IMG/VR virus record: IMGVR_UViG_3300021137_000001
Coordinates: 124,001 to 188,000 of that record
Length of the DNA stretch: 64,000 bases
Direction: 5' to 3' (one strand)
Numbering within the stretch: the stretch's first letter is position 1; each line of letters begins with the position of its first letter. The position numbers and the translations under genes are program-made. Below are positions 9,501 to 18,698 of this stretch, piece after piece. The notes under the pieces are model-generated. The model searched no databases and was not told the origin of the DNA. It saw only the letters and a program-made list of their open reading frames with translations.

Positions 9501-9503
9501 TAA

Positions 9504-9554
9504 ATGTCGTCTCAATTAAAAACAGTAGGTTTCATTGGTATTGGCAAATTATAG
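9504..9554 (+). pseudogene. Orphan 5' fragment of the nucleotide-sugar dehydrogenase (MSSQLKTVGFIGIGKL*)
   Basis: GGAG RBS; the peptide matches the N-terminus VGFVGLGKL of ORF 10198. Confidence 0.85.
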
Positions 9555-9583
9555 GTTTTGTTGGTATCGGTATAAATACTAAT

Positions 9584-10201
9584 ATGAACCAACCATACAC
9601 ATATTTAATCGGATGGAGTACCCAGCAAAAATATTATTACGGAGTACGCTATGCCATTGATTGTAATCCCACTGATCTTTGGGCAAAATACTTTACATCT
9701 TCGCCTACTGTTAAAGCAATGCGATTAATTTATGGTGAACCAGATGTGCGCCAAATTAGAAAAATATTTACTGACAAACAAGCTGCAAGATTATGGGAAA
9801 CAAAAGTATTACGCAGAATGAAAGTAATACGTAGAGAAGAATTTTTAAACAAGAATGATGCGCCGGCTCCTCCAATAAACAATAGAATTATGTCGGATTC
9901 AACTAAAGAAAAAATAAGTGCGTCTAATAAAAGTAAGCCTAAATCAGAAGAGCACAAACAAAAGATTAGAGAAGCAAGAGCAAAACAAATTAATACAAGA
10001 AAAGGGCAGACTCAAACTGAAGAAACAAAACAAAAGATTAGAGAAGCAAGAGCAAAACAAATTACGTCAGATGAAACAAAACAAAAAATGAGTATGCAAC
10101 AAAAATTAGCAGGTGGGTATGGTCCTAAAAAACACACCGAAGAAACAAAACAAAAAATTAGAAATACATTAATGGAAAAATTTAAAAAGGGTAGTATATG
10201 A
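9584..10201 (+). CDS. Free-standing homing endonuclease (GIY-YIG-like with NUMOD3 repeats)
   Basis: YTYLI...YYGVR; repeated (H/Q)TEETKQKI motifs; TATAAATA promoter at 9571-9578. Confidence 0.85.
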   Translation: MNQPYTYLIGWSTQQKYYYGVRYAIDCNPTDLWAKYFTSSPTVKAMRLIYGEPDVRQIRKIFTDKQAARLWETKVLRRMKVIRREEFLNKNDAPAPPINNRIMSDSTKEKISASNKSKPKSEEHKQKIREARAKQINTRKGQTQTEETKQKIREARAKQITSDETKQKMSMQQKLAGGYGPKKHTEETKQKIRNTLMEKFKKGSI

Positions 10202-11427
10202 ATAATGTAGGATTTGTAGGGTTAGGGAAATTAGGAATGGCATGTGCAGAAGTGATGGCACAAACATATGACGTCACTGGCTATGATATTTACCCACGTA
10301 CTGGTGATAAGATAGCAATATCTGATACATTAGAAGGAGCAGTAAAGGGCAAGGATGTTATCTTTGTTGCAGTACAAACACCGCATGATCCGATCTATGA
10401 TGGCTCGCAACCAATTACACATTTACCAAACAAAGACTTTGATTATACAATTATAAATCAAGTATTAGCAGACATTAATCAATACGTTACGCAAGATCAA
10501 CTTGTAGTATTAATCAGCACAGTACTACCAGGAACAACACGTAGAGAGCTACGTAAGCATATCACTAACGCACGTTTCATCTATAACCCATACTTAATTG
10601 CAATGGGTTCTGTAGCGTGGGATATGGTTAACCCAGACATGATTATTATCGGTACAGAAGATGGTAGCGTAACTGGTGATGCTAAGTTGCTTACAGACTT
10701 TTACGCACCACTAATGCAAAACAATCCACATATTGCAATTGGCACATGGGATGAAGCAGAAGCAATTAAAATCTTCTACAATACATTTATTAGTACTAAA
10801 GTTGGCTTAGTAAACATGATACAAGACGTTGCTATGAAGTCAGGCAACATTAATGTTGATGTTGTAACTGACGCATTATGCGCTTCTACTATGCGTATCA
10901 TTAGTACAAAGTATATGACAGCGGGTATGGGTGATGCAGGCCCGTGTCACCCACGTGATAACATTGCGCTACGTTGGTTAGCTGAGAATTTAGACTTGGG
11001 CTACGATATTTTTAATACAGTTATATATGCACGTGAGATACAAGCAAAGAATCTTGCTATATATCTTAGTGATTTACAAGAATTAACTGATTTGCCTATC
11101 GTTATACACGGAAAAGCGTACAAGCCAGATGTGGATCTATTAGATGGCAGTTATAGCCTCTTAATCGGCAGTTATCTGACTGAAATAGGAGCAAAATACA
11201 CTTATTCTGATCCTTTAACAGGTGACATTGTTGCTGATGACACAACTGCTATTGTACTACTTGCTCACAATAGAACTATTACCTACGGTTACACCGGCGA
11301 ACTGCCAGAACAACAATTGTATTACCGACTTGGATTAAGTAGTATTGTAGTTGACCCGTGGCGCAAGTTTAAAACAGACACAAAATCAATTAAGGTTCTG
11401 CATTATGGCAACACACGAATTAATTAA
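10198..11427 (+). CDS. UDP-glucose/GDP-mannose 6-dehydrogenase family
   Basis: GLGKLG Rossmann motif, AVQTP, STVLPG, KIFYN, catalytic GPCHPRD, KAYKP. Confidence 0.92.
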   Translation: MNNVGFVGLGKLGMACAEVMAQTYDVTGYDIYPRTGDKIAISDTLEGAVKGKDVIFVAVQTPHDPIYDGSQPITHLPNKDFDYTIINQVLADINQYVTQDQLVVLISTVLPGTTRRELRKHITNARFIYNPYLIAMGSVAWDMVNPDMIIIGTEDGSVTGDAKLLTDFYAPLMQNNPHIAIGTWDEAEAIKIFYNTFISTKVGLVNMIQDVAMKSGNINVDVVTDALCASTMRIISTKYMTAGMGDAGPCHPRDNIALRWLAENLDLGYDIFNTVIYAREIQAKNLAIYLSDLQELTDLPIVIHGKAYKPDVDLLDGSYSLLIGSYLTEIGAKYTYSDPLTGDIVADDTTAIVLLAHNRTITYGYTGELPEQQLYYRLGLSSIVVDPWRKFKTDTKSIKVLHYGNTRIN

Positions 11428-11932
11428 GATAGAACCAAATTGGGGCGAAGCGTATACTCGACTAGATTATGTCACAGAACCATTTAACAATTCCGATGAT
11501 ACTACACGTTGGCTAGCACAGGGATATAGTAATAAGTTTACTGGTGCTATGTGTGATATGCGTAAGTCACAACCAATTTGGAATAGTTATATACTAGCAC
11601 AGTTCGAACAACGTGGTTGGAAAGATGTTTGTACAAGTTATTATAGGATGGATACTGGTACTACGTTACCGGTACACTATGATATATATAAACGATATGT
11701 TGAATTGTTTAATTTACAAGGTAAAGAACAAACAATACACCGCGCAATTGTATTTTTAGAAGATTGGCAGAGCGGACATTACTTAGAAATAAACGGCGAA
11801 CCGATAGTTAAATGGTCAGCCGGTGACACAGTAATATGGCAATATGATGCACCACATATGGCGGCCAATATGGGTTTATTGCCACGATACACGCTTCAAA
11901 TAACAGGACACATGGATGAAATTAAGCAGTAG
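11405..11932 (+). CDS. 2OG-Fe(II)/cupin-fold oxygenase
   Basis: HYD (HxD), distal His in PHMAAN, and RYTLQITG. Confidence 0.75.
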   Translation: MATHELIKIEPNWGEAYTRLDYVTEPFNNSDDTTRWLAQGYSNKFTGAMCDMRKSQPIWNSYILAQFEQRGWKDVCTSYYRMDTGTTLPVHYDIYKRYVELFNLQGKEQTIHRAIVFLEDWQSGHYLEINGEPIVKWSAGDTVIWQYDAPHMAANMGLLPRYTLQITGHMDEIKQ

Positions 11933-12830
11933 CAATGAATGGGGTAAACTTAAAAGTATAGTAGTGGGGTCAGCAACACATGCGAACTGGCCAAGCAACG
12001 ATTCTGTATTCTCACAAGAACATTTAAAAACATCTTGGCATGAAACACCTGTACCAAGCGGACCAGTGCCACAATGGATTGTCGACGAAGCAAATGAAGA
12101 TTTAGATAACTTAGCCAGTGTACTTACTAAACTAGGTGTCGAAGTATTCCGCCCAAATGAAATGAACTTTGTTGAACGTGACGGTATGTACAACTATTGC
12201 CCACGTGACAGATTATTGATTGCAGACAATTGCGTAATCAACCCTGCTATGATGTATCCATGTCGCGACCAAGAGCTTGAAACATTAGACTTTGTACTTG
12301 ATAGGGCACAGACTGTTAAGAACATGCCACGCAATCAAGATATGGTTATGGATGCGGCTAATGTATGTAGACTTGGCAGTACGTGGTTGTACTTACTAAG
12401 CGACAGTGGCAATCAACTTGCATTAGATTGGTTACGTGATAAGTTACCGAACATCAATATTGAAGCATGCAACTTTTACAATGGTGTACACATTGATAGT
12501 ACAATTGTTCCGCTACGTCAAGGATTTGTTGTGCTTAATGCAAGTAGAGTAACTCCAGACAACTGCCCACGAGCATTTGATGGTTGGACTAAGTTATGGG
12601 TAAATGATGTCGAAGCACAAAGTTTTCATGAATACCCATACGCAAGTAAATGGATCGGATTGAACATGTTAAGTGTTGACCCAAAGACAGTAATTGTTGA
12701 TCGTGCGCAATATACTCTTATAGAAGACTTAGAGAAGGCGGGATTTACTACTATTCCGCTAGAGCTACGTCACAGCAGGACATTAGGAGGGGGATTTCAC
12801 TGTGTAACCCTTGATCTAGAAAGAGAATAA
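11916..12830 (+). CDS. Amidinotransferase (glycine/inosamine-phosphate amidinotransferase family)
   Basis: NEWGKLK, CPRD, DAAN, HIDST and GGGFHCVTLD (catalytic Cys). Confidence 0.92.
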   Translation: MKLSSSNEWGKLKSIVVGSATHANWPSNDSVFSQEHLKTSWHETPVPSGPVPQWIVDEANEDLDNLASVLTKLGVEVFRPNEMNFVERDGMYNYCPRDRLLIADNCVINPAMMYPCRDQELETLDFVLDRAQTVKNMPRNQDMVMDAANVCRLGSTWLYLLSDSGNQLALDWLRDKLPNINIEACNFYNGVHIDSTIVPLRQGFVVLNASRVTPDNCPRAFDGWTKLWVNDVEAQSFHEYPYASKWIGLNMLSVDPKTVIVDRAQYTLIEDLEKAGFTTIPLELRHSRTLGGGFHCVTLDLERE

Positions 12831-12869
12831 GCTACAAATTGCTAAGTAAATGTAACACGGGGAATCAAC

Positions 12870-13601
12870 ATGCCGCAGTCTTTCGCGACGTACACACAAA
12901 CATCACTTAGCGCCTTAAAATTTAATCTTAAAAGTCAAGATGCAATTAATAAGAAACAAGAGATATTACATGGCATCGAACAACATTATAACTCAACCCC
13001 CGACAGCGTATTATTTGTTGGCTTTAGCCCATTGATGCTCGGTGTAACATACAAGAACATATTTGTAACTGGTATTAGTGCAGAAACAAAAAATTACCTC
13101 GACAGTATTGCGATTAAATACACATATATAGATGCTAAAGATTTAAAAGGTTACACTAAACAGTTTTCGTGGGTTGTGGCCGGCGATGAGTATTTTACAT
13201 TTGCAGAAACAGAACAAGATCAGCAGGCAAGTGTGGCGTTAATTGCAAGTTTAGCAAATGAATTAATAGTAACAACATTACGTGATTATAAGAATCAAAA
13301 CTTTCGAGAGCGTGAATTTAGTCAACCTCTTGCTGTATATAGAAACAATGATAGTTTAGTATTTTTAGAATATCACAAGTATGAATATGTAGATAAGAAT
13401 GCATGGCAGACAACAGTGTTTGAAATGCAAGATAGTAACACACAGTCGCATGGTCCGTTTGCAAGACGTAATATGTTTTTTAAACAGTTAGCAAAGTTTA
13501 GTATTGACGCTGGTGCAAAAGAGTTTTATGTACACAAAGATTTAATGTACAAAAGTCTCATACGTAAAAACTATGAGCACGTAATTAGTATTTCAATTTA
13601 G
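12870..13601 (+). CDS. Hypothetical protein (possibly a degenerate Rossmann/methyltransferase fold)
   Basis: Long ORF with RBS; SVLFVG strand. Confidence 0.6.
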   Translation: MPQSFATYTQTSLSALKFNLKSQDAINKKQEILHGIEQHYNSTPDSVLFVGFSPLMLGVTYKNIFVTGISAETKNYLDSIAIKYTYIDAKDLKGYTKQFSWVVAGDEYFTFAETEQDQQASVALIASLANELIVTTLRDYKNQNFREREFSQPLAVYRNNDSLVFLEYHKYEYVDKNAWQTTVFEMQDSNTQSHGPFARRNMFFKQLAKFSIDAGAKEFYVHKDLMYKSLIRKNYEHVISISI

Positions 13602-13620
13602 AGTTTTTTCGAGTGAGTAT

Positions 13621-14889
13621 ATGGATATCAATCAACAGCTACAACCTATCGTCGCAGGTTTAATCGACGGTCTTAAAGTATCAATTGAACAAGAGCTACA
13701 GGCTAAAATTACTGATGAGGTAATTAAAAAAATTGCCGCAACAGAACTTGATGCAGTAGTTGATACTTTAGTTAAACAACAAATTGGTACACGCCTAGAC
13801 ACATTTAACTTTGCTGATACAAGTAGAGAACAACTTACCGCACAAATTGCAAAAATCACCGCCGATGTTAACAAGACAGTAGTTGACAAAGCCAACGCAC
13901 AAATAGTACAAGAAATTAAACGCCAACTTGCCTCCATTGATATTAATTTAATAGTTAATGAAATTGTAAAAACTTCGTTGGCTAGCATAATTAAATTACA
14001 AAACTTCCCATCACAAAGCATTGCGCATACTGCAATAAACTTTCAAGGTCTTAAACTAACAGGCGATAGCATTGCCGGCGGCATTATAGAACAATTTGGT
14101 AGTACTGGTATCGAGGACAGAGCTAGCTTTGTACAGATGACGTTAATGGATCATGCTGTTGCGTTTGAAGGTCCATTGTTTGCACCCAGCGCAGAGATTA
14201 AAGGCGACTTAGTAGTAGATGGCGCACTAACACTTAATGGCACAGTAACAGAAGATTGTGTGGGCTTTACACAGTTAGTTGCCGCCACAAGTGTTGCAGT
14301 AACAGCGGGCTTAAACGATACATTGTTTACTGGTTATAGTAACATTATACAAGAACAACTTAAAACATCTGGCATTGATTTAGATCGCATTACGCAAGGT
14401 GGTAAGGAAATTGTTAAAGGTGCGCAACTGGGCTATCAGATTGTTGACAGTAATTTACAACGTGTTGGTGTGCTTAAAGACTTACAAACATCGGGTGAAA
14501 ACTTTTTAAGTGAAACACTTTATGTTACACAACGTAGAGTTGGTGTTAACACGATGGACCCGAGTGCTGTGTTCGCAGTGTGGGACGAAGAAGTCGAACT
14601 TATCGTAGCTAAACGTAAAACAGATGTTGCTTATCTTGCAACACCACGCAAACAACAACTTATACTTGGTAGCAACGGAAAAGAAAACATTATACTTGAT
14701 ACTGATGGTAGTGCGCATATAGAGAACTTAGTAGTGGGTCGGGTTGCTATGTCGTCGGCCACAGCAGTCCCAAACTATGCAGGTACAATGGCACAAATTG
14801 TCTACAACGAATCGCCGGCACCAGGCAGTCCAATTGGATGGGTATGTATTGGTGGCTCACGCTGGGCTAAGTTTGGGATAATCGAATAA
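13621..14889 (+). CDS. Putative virion structural protein
   Basis: Coiled-coil N-terminus, beta-rich body and C-terminal PIGWVCIGG..W.KFG fibre-like motif. Confidence 0.6.
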   Translation: MDINQQLQPIVAGLIDGLKVSIEQELQAKITDEVIKKIAATELDAVVDTLVKQQIGTRLDTFNFADTSREQLTAQIAKITADVNKTVVDKANAQIVQEIKRQLASIDINLIVNEIVKTSLASIIKLQNFPSQSIAHTAINFQGLKLTGDSIAGGIIEQFGSTGIEDRASFVQMTLMDHAVAFEGPLFAPSAEIKGDLVVDGALTLNGTVTEDCVGFTQLVAATSVAVTAGLNDTLFTGYSNIIQEQLKTSGIDLDRITQGGKEIVKGAQLGYQIVDSNLQRVGVLKDLQTSGENFLSETLYVTQRRVGVNTMDPSAVFAVWDEEVELIVAKRKTDVAYLATPRKQQLILGSNGKENIILDTDGSAHIENLVVGRVAMSSATAVPNYAGTMAQIVYNESPAPGSPIGWVCIGGSRWAKFGIIE

Positions 14890-15116
14890 TGGGAACTGGA
14901 TATACAACACCGTGGAATGATTCTTGGCTAGATGGTGAATGGCATTGGGCGTTAGTATTTGTTTGGTGGCCACGCAAAACTGAATATGATAAATGGATTT
15001 GGCTTACAACAGCATATCACGGTATGCGAGGAATATCTGGCCCAGGTACTCCGGTTTATTTACACAAATGGATGACACCAGGAGAGTTTACTTGGTTTCA
15101 GTTAACACAGTCTTAA
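14889..15116 (+). CDS. Trp-rich hypothetical protein
   Basis: TAATG coupling to the upstream gene. Confidence 0.6.
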   Translation: MGTGYTTPWNDSWLDGEWHWALVFVWWPRKTEYDKWIWLTTAYHGMRGISGPGTPVYLHKWMTPGEFTWFQLTQS

Positions 15117-16080
15117 GATTCGCGTGAAACTGTCCTAACCAATCTGTCTCTAACATAACTTTACGATTGTGTTCTGTTATTGGTCGTATACTATCCAACA
15201 CTTGTTGTTGTGGTAAATTAAATAATCTATTCATTTCATTACATACCATTTCGAATCTGATATTATTATCTGCTTCTTCATCATAACGTTCATCTACAAT
15301 AATATCAAATGTTTTAAATCCCATACTGCGTAAATTGCGTAGATAATGCTGTCCACTAAACACAAGAAATAATCTTTCTGCTAATATAGGTTTAACAATC
15401 TTCTCAGTGTAAAAACTATAATGATTGTCAAAATTTGTTTCTGCAACAATGCTGTATGCAGTTTGATTATAGATACTAATTGGTATTATTTGACTTAATG
15501 ATAATGTACTATTCTGATAGCTCACCGAAGTAACAGTCCATTTAAATTCATCAGACGTTGGCTCAGATTCCCAAATCCATCCATCCGAGTCTTGTTGCTG
15601 TATTATTTTGTTTTGCAGATAAGTCATTATAACCCGATTATTTAATTCATTGCGACATATATAATTGTATACATAATCTCTATGTCGTCTGGGCTGACCT
15701 AACAGTATATCAAATGTTTTTGGCTTTGATAGGTATGGAGTTAGTTGATTTAATATATTACTTTGTTTGTAAAATTCAGTACTTGTAATAAACCAATCCA
15801 TCCAATTTTGCGTAGTAATGTCACTAACGACACCACATAAAAAATAAGTTATTTTTGGATTCTGATATTGTGTTATAAAGTCAACTGTGCTTGCATGCAA
15901 TTCTGACCCTAATATTACAATACAGTCGTGTTGAATTAATGCATCATTGATTGCTTGCTTAAACTCGATAGTAAGTGGAAATGGTATATGAAATATTGCG
16001 TGTCTTGTGTCAAGAAGATTGATACAATTCAAATGCCATCGGCAAGGGTCTAAATATTCATCGTCCCTTGCCGCTGTCAT
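15088..16080 (-). CDS. Putative glycosyltransferase-like protein, paralog of 8253-9500
   Basis: SIVAET...YTEKIVKPI...LRSMGFKTF..IVDERYD. Confidence 0.55.
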   Translation of the reverse strand: MTAARDDEYLDPCRWHLNCINLLDTRHAIFHIPFPLTIEFKQAINDALIQHDCIVILGSELHASTVDFITQYQNPKITYFLCGVVSDITTQNWMDWFITSTEFYKQSNILNQLTPYLSKPKTFDILLGQPRRHRDYVYNYICRNELNNRVIMTYLQNKIIQQQDSDGWIWESEPTSDEFKWTVTSVSYQNSTLSLSQIIPISIYNQTAYSIVAETNFDNHYSFYTEKIVKPILAERLFLVFSGQHYLRNLRSMGFKTFDIIVDERYDEEADNNIRFEMVCNEMNRLFNLPQQQVLDSIRPITEHNRKVMLETDWLGQFHANLKTVLTETK

Positions 16081-16083
16081 TTA

Positions 16084-16320
16084 TTACTTAGTTGCGACTG
16101 CTTTTGGTTTAGTAGTTGCTTTCTTCTTACCGTAATATGGTTTACGTTTCTTAGCTGGCGCCGGTGCTACTGCCAATGGTGCTAGCTTAACTCCTGCTAC
16201 TGTACCTGCACGTTGTTTTACTGGTGCTTTAACTGCTACTTCTTTTACTTCTTCAACTACTACTGCTGCTGGTGCAGAGCCGAATAAATCGGATAGTAGT
16301 CCTTTGATATAATTAATCAT
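16084..16320 (-). CDS. Small basic Lys/Ala/Pro-rich protein
   Basis: AAGGAG RBS; late-type ATAAATA upstream. Confidence 0.7.
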   Translation of the reverse strand: MINYIKGLLSDLFGSAPAAVVVEEVKEVAVKAPVKQRAGTVAGVKLAPLAVAPAPAKKRKPYYGKKKATTKPKAVATK

Positions 16321-16379
16321 GTGTTACTCCTTGTACATTATTTATTCATTATATACGCATAGATAAATTTATATTTCGG

Positions 16380-16408
16380 TTGACATTTTGGTAAAACGAC
16401 TGTATAAT
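16380..16408 (+). promoter_or_regulatory. Sigma70-type early promoter
   Basis: TTGACA-N17-TATAAT; one mismatch from the 7103 promoter. Confidence 0.9.
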
Positions 16409-16445
16409 GTTACACATACGCTAACAACACAGAGAAGAAAACGAA

Positions 16446-16709
16446 ATGACTACATTTGTTACTTACAACGTAAAAAGTACACAATCAATTAACTATTTTG
16501 ATACATTAGCTTCAGCTAAACGTAGTACTACATGTGCAAATAAACGTGCAGGTGCTGGTGTTGTTGCTTATGCTACTTTAGAATATTATAATACTGTTAT
16601 TGTTACTAAGAAAACAGTACGTAATATTATGTCAGGTGCGCTTGTTGAAATTGATAGCAACACTCCGCGTTGTTGCGATCCGAGTTCAGAATTATACTGG
16701 AGCATGTAA
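16446..16709 (+). CDS. Hypothetical phage early protein
   Basis: C-terminal TPRCCDPSSELYWSM. Confidence 0.75.
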   Translation: MTTFVTYNVKSTQSINYFDTLASAKRSTTCANKRAGAGVVAYATLEYYNTVIVTKKTVRNIMSGALVEIDSNTPRCCDPSSELYWSM

Positions 16710-16727
16710 ATTAAAAGGAGATTTAAA

Positions 16728-16944
16728 ATGAAAATATTAGTAACGATTTTAGGTGCATTCGGTCTTATAGTATTGCTTAGTTTTTTACTAAGCTGGCCCA
16801 TTATGATGTTATGGAATGGTTGCTTAGTCGGCGCAGTGGATGCGTGAAAATGGAGTTGAGTACGCACTACAAGCATCGGGCAGTAATGGGTATGGATTTA
16901 CAGTAAAAACAAACGTGGATTGGTTTAGGTTGAAATGGGTATGA
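16728..16944 (+). pseudogene. Probable deletion scar joining two gene remnants
   Basis: Strong RBS and a 39-aa TM peptide ending GAVDA*, overlapped by an RBS-less 34-aa tail (MRENG...FRLKWV*). Confidence 0.4.
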
Positions 16945-17168
16945 TTGATAACTGTCGTATTAACTTTTGGTTACGCTGGGTCGCTTGCTGTATTACAATA
17001 GCAGGCGCACTCTGCACTAGCTTTCGTATCGACCCACTTAACATTTACTTGTTAAACATCGGCGCTGTAGTGTACTTAACGTGGAGTATACGCATTAAAG
17101 AAACAAGTTTAATTACAATCAACGTGGCGCTACTAACGATTTACTTTATTGGATTGTTTGTAAAATGA
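16941..17168 (+). CDS. Small multi-TM membrane protein
   Basis: Three hydrophobic segments; similar layout to 62182-62442. Confidence 0.7.
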   Translation: MIDNCRINFWLRWVACCITIAGALCTSFRIDPLNIYLLNIGAVVYLTWSIRIKETSLITINVALLTIYFIGLFVK

Positions 17169-17587
17169 CAAAAGACTGGGTTTCACCTGAAGAGAATAAA
17201 GCTAAGAAAGATGCTTATTATTCTAAATTATCAAACGACACTAATCGTTCATTAACTTATTATTGGCAACAAGCTCGCAAGGGAGCAAGAGATCGGAAAA
17301 TTGATTTTAGCATTACTGCCGATGATATTATTTCTCTCTGGTCAAAACAACGAGGATTTTGTAAGTTAAGCAACATACCAATGACACTTACGCACGGAAC
17401 ATTACGATCACAAAATCCTACAAAAGTAAGTTTTGACCGAATTGATAATTCTAAAGGATATCATGTAGGGAATATTCAATTAGTTACGTGGCAGGTAAAT
17501 TGTGCGAAAAGTGTTTGGTCAACTGATCAATTAGTTGAACTATGTATATCTATTACTGAGAAAGCATTAATGAATAAATTAAAATAG
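17165..17587 (+). CDS. HNH-like (His-Me finger) endonuclease
   Basis: SFDRIDNSKGY..GNIQLV...VN.AK. Confidence 0.8.
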   Translation: MTKDWVSPEENKAKKDAYYSKLSNDTNRSLTYYWQQARKGARDRKIDFSITADDIISLWSKQRGFCKLSNIPMTLTHGTLRSQNPTKVSFDRIDNSKGYHVGNIQLVTWQVNCAKSVWSTDQLVELCISITEKALMNKLK

Positions 17588-17588
17588 G

Positions 17589-17617
17589 TTGACAAAAGTA
17601 GTTAAATAGTCTATAAT
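17589..17617 (+). promoter_or_regulatory. Sigma70-type promoter
   Basis: TTGACA-N17-TATAAT. Confidence 0.85.
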
Positions 17618-17647
17618 GTTACACATAAACTAACAATAGGAATAAAC

Positions 17648-17974
17648 ATGTCTACAGAGAACACAGTCGAAGAACAGGATATGCTGGACGCTTTAAAGGA
17701 GTTAGCAGAGGCAAACACAGTTACTTACACTAACGCACCCACTGACTTAGATGAAGCTATCGAGCGTTTATATCGTGTTGAGATACTACTCGAAGATTTA
17801 GCACGTGGCGCAGAGCTTGCTGAAATTGTACAAGACCCAAAGTTAACAAATGTGTTTCGACTTGCGGCAGAAGAATACTTAGTCAACAAGTTACAAGAAG
17901 TAGAGAAAGAAACTAAAGATTTAAAAATACAAATTAACGACTACAGCAACGTAGGCAAAAAGGAAGAAGCATAA
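17648..17974 (+). CDS. Acidic helical hypothetical protein
   Basis: AGGA RBS after the promoter. Confidence 0.75.
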   Translation: MSTENTVEEQDMLDALKELAEANTVTYTNAPTDLDEAIERLYRVEILLEDLARGAELAEIVQDPKLTNVFRLAAEEYLVNKLQEVEKETKDLKIQINDYSNVGKKEEA

Positions 17975-17977
17975 TGG

Positions 17978-18571
17978 TTACTTGGACAAGTTATTCACCC
18001 ATTGTGTATATTGTTGGATAGCCATTTCTTTTCTGTCAGATATACGGCATATGATCTTTGGTAATGGTTTACGTAGGTTTGCTTTAAAGGCTTCGGATTT
18101 GGGCTTACGCAAATTTTCTTTAAACTCTTCGGACCGAATATATACTCCGATAATTCCTTTGTTCCACGGAATACATCCTTGTTCCCACTGACCTTTAAGA
18201 TTATCCTTATGCTCCTGCGATCTATTTTTGGCAAGATTAGACATCTTTTTCCGAGTTTCAATTGAACGATTTCCTCCATCGCCGCCGTAGCTCATATTAT
18301 ATCCGTTGCCATAATCAACGTGGGTATTATATTTGCGGATAAAGAATTCTTCCATTTCAAGTAAGGTATGTTGCTTGTCGGTGGATTGATATAGCACAGA
18401 CCAAACAAATGCCTCCCAACCATATTTACGTATAGCGGCATAGAAACGAGAATTCTTTTTAATTGAATTTCTTTTATGATCAGCACAGCGAGTAGGCCAA
18501 GAAGAATCAAATCCGATATAGGATTTACCATTTATTGTGTTAGTGGCTTTATAGATTGAATAAATATTCAT
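17978..18571 (-). CDS. GIY-YIG homing endonuclease
   Basis: SIYKATN..NGKSYIG, R..H, GYNM..GG; start reassigned to MNIYSIY. Confidence 0.9.
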   Translation of the reverse strand: MNIYSIYKATNTINGKSYIGFDSSWPTRCADHKRNSIKKNSRFYAAIRKYGWEAFVWSVLYQSTDKQHTLLEMEEFFIRKYNTHVDYGNGYNMSYGGDGGNRSIETRKKMSNLAKNRSQEHKDNLKGQWEQGCIPWNKGIIGVYIRSEEFKENLRKPKSEAFKANLRKPLPKIICRISDRKEMAIQQYTQWVNNLSK

Positions 18572-18628
18572 GCTGACATTCCTTAAAATGTTAGAGTCCT
18601 TAGATATTACCAGTATCGTGAGGGACAT
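18572..18628 (-). ncRNA. Conserved structured leader of a GIY-YIG gene (copy 1)
   Basis: Homologous to 34964-35020 with compensatory base changes. Confidence 0.7.
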
Positions 18629-18633
18629 TTTTG

Positions 18634-18662
18634 TTGACAACGTATTAAATTTCTGTTATAAT
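18634..18662 (+). promoter_or_regulatory. Sigma70-type promoter
   Basis: TTGACA-N17-TATAAT. Confidence 0.85.
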
Positions 18663-18698
18663 ACTATTTATATTATTTTACGATGAAAGAGAACTTAT

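Noticed and set aside
9957-10063. 35-bp direct repeat as a mobile-element end
   Set aside because: It is in frame within the endonuclease and encodes NUMOD3-type repeats.
9555-10197. Group I intron in the dehydrogenase carrying the endonuclease
   Set aside because: Only about 30 nt flank the ORF, leaving no room for a ribozyme core; the 5' part is duplicated rather than complementary.
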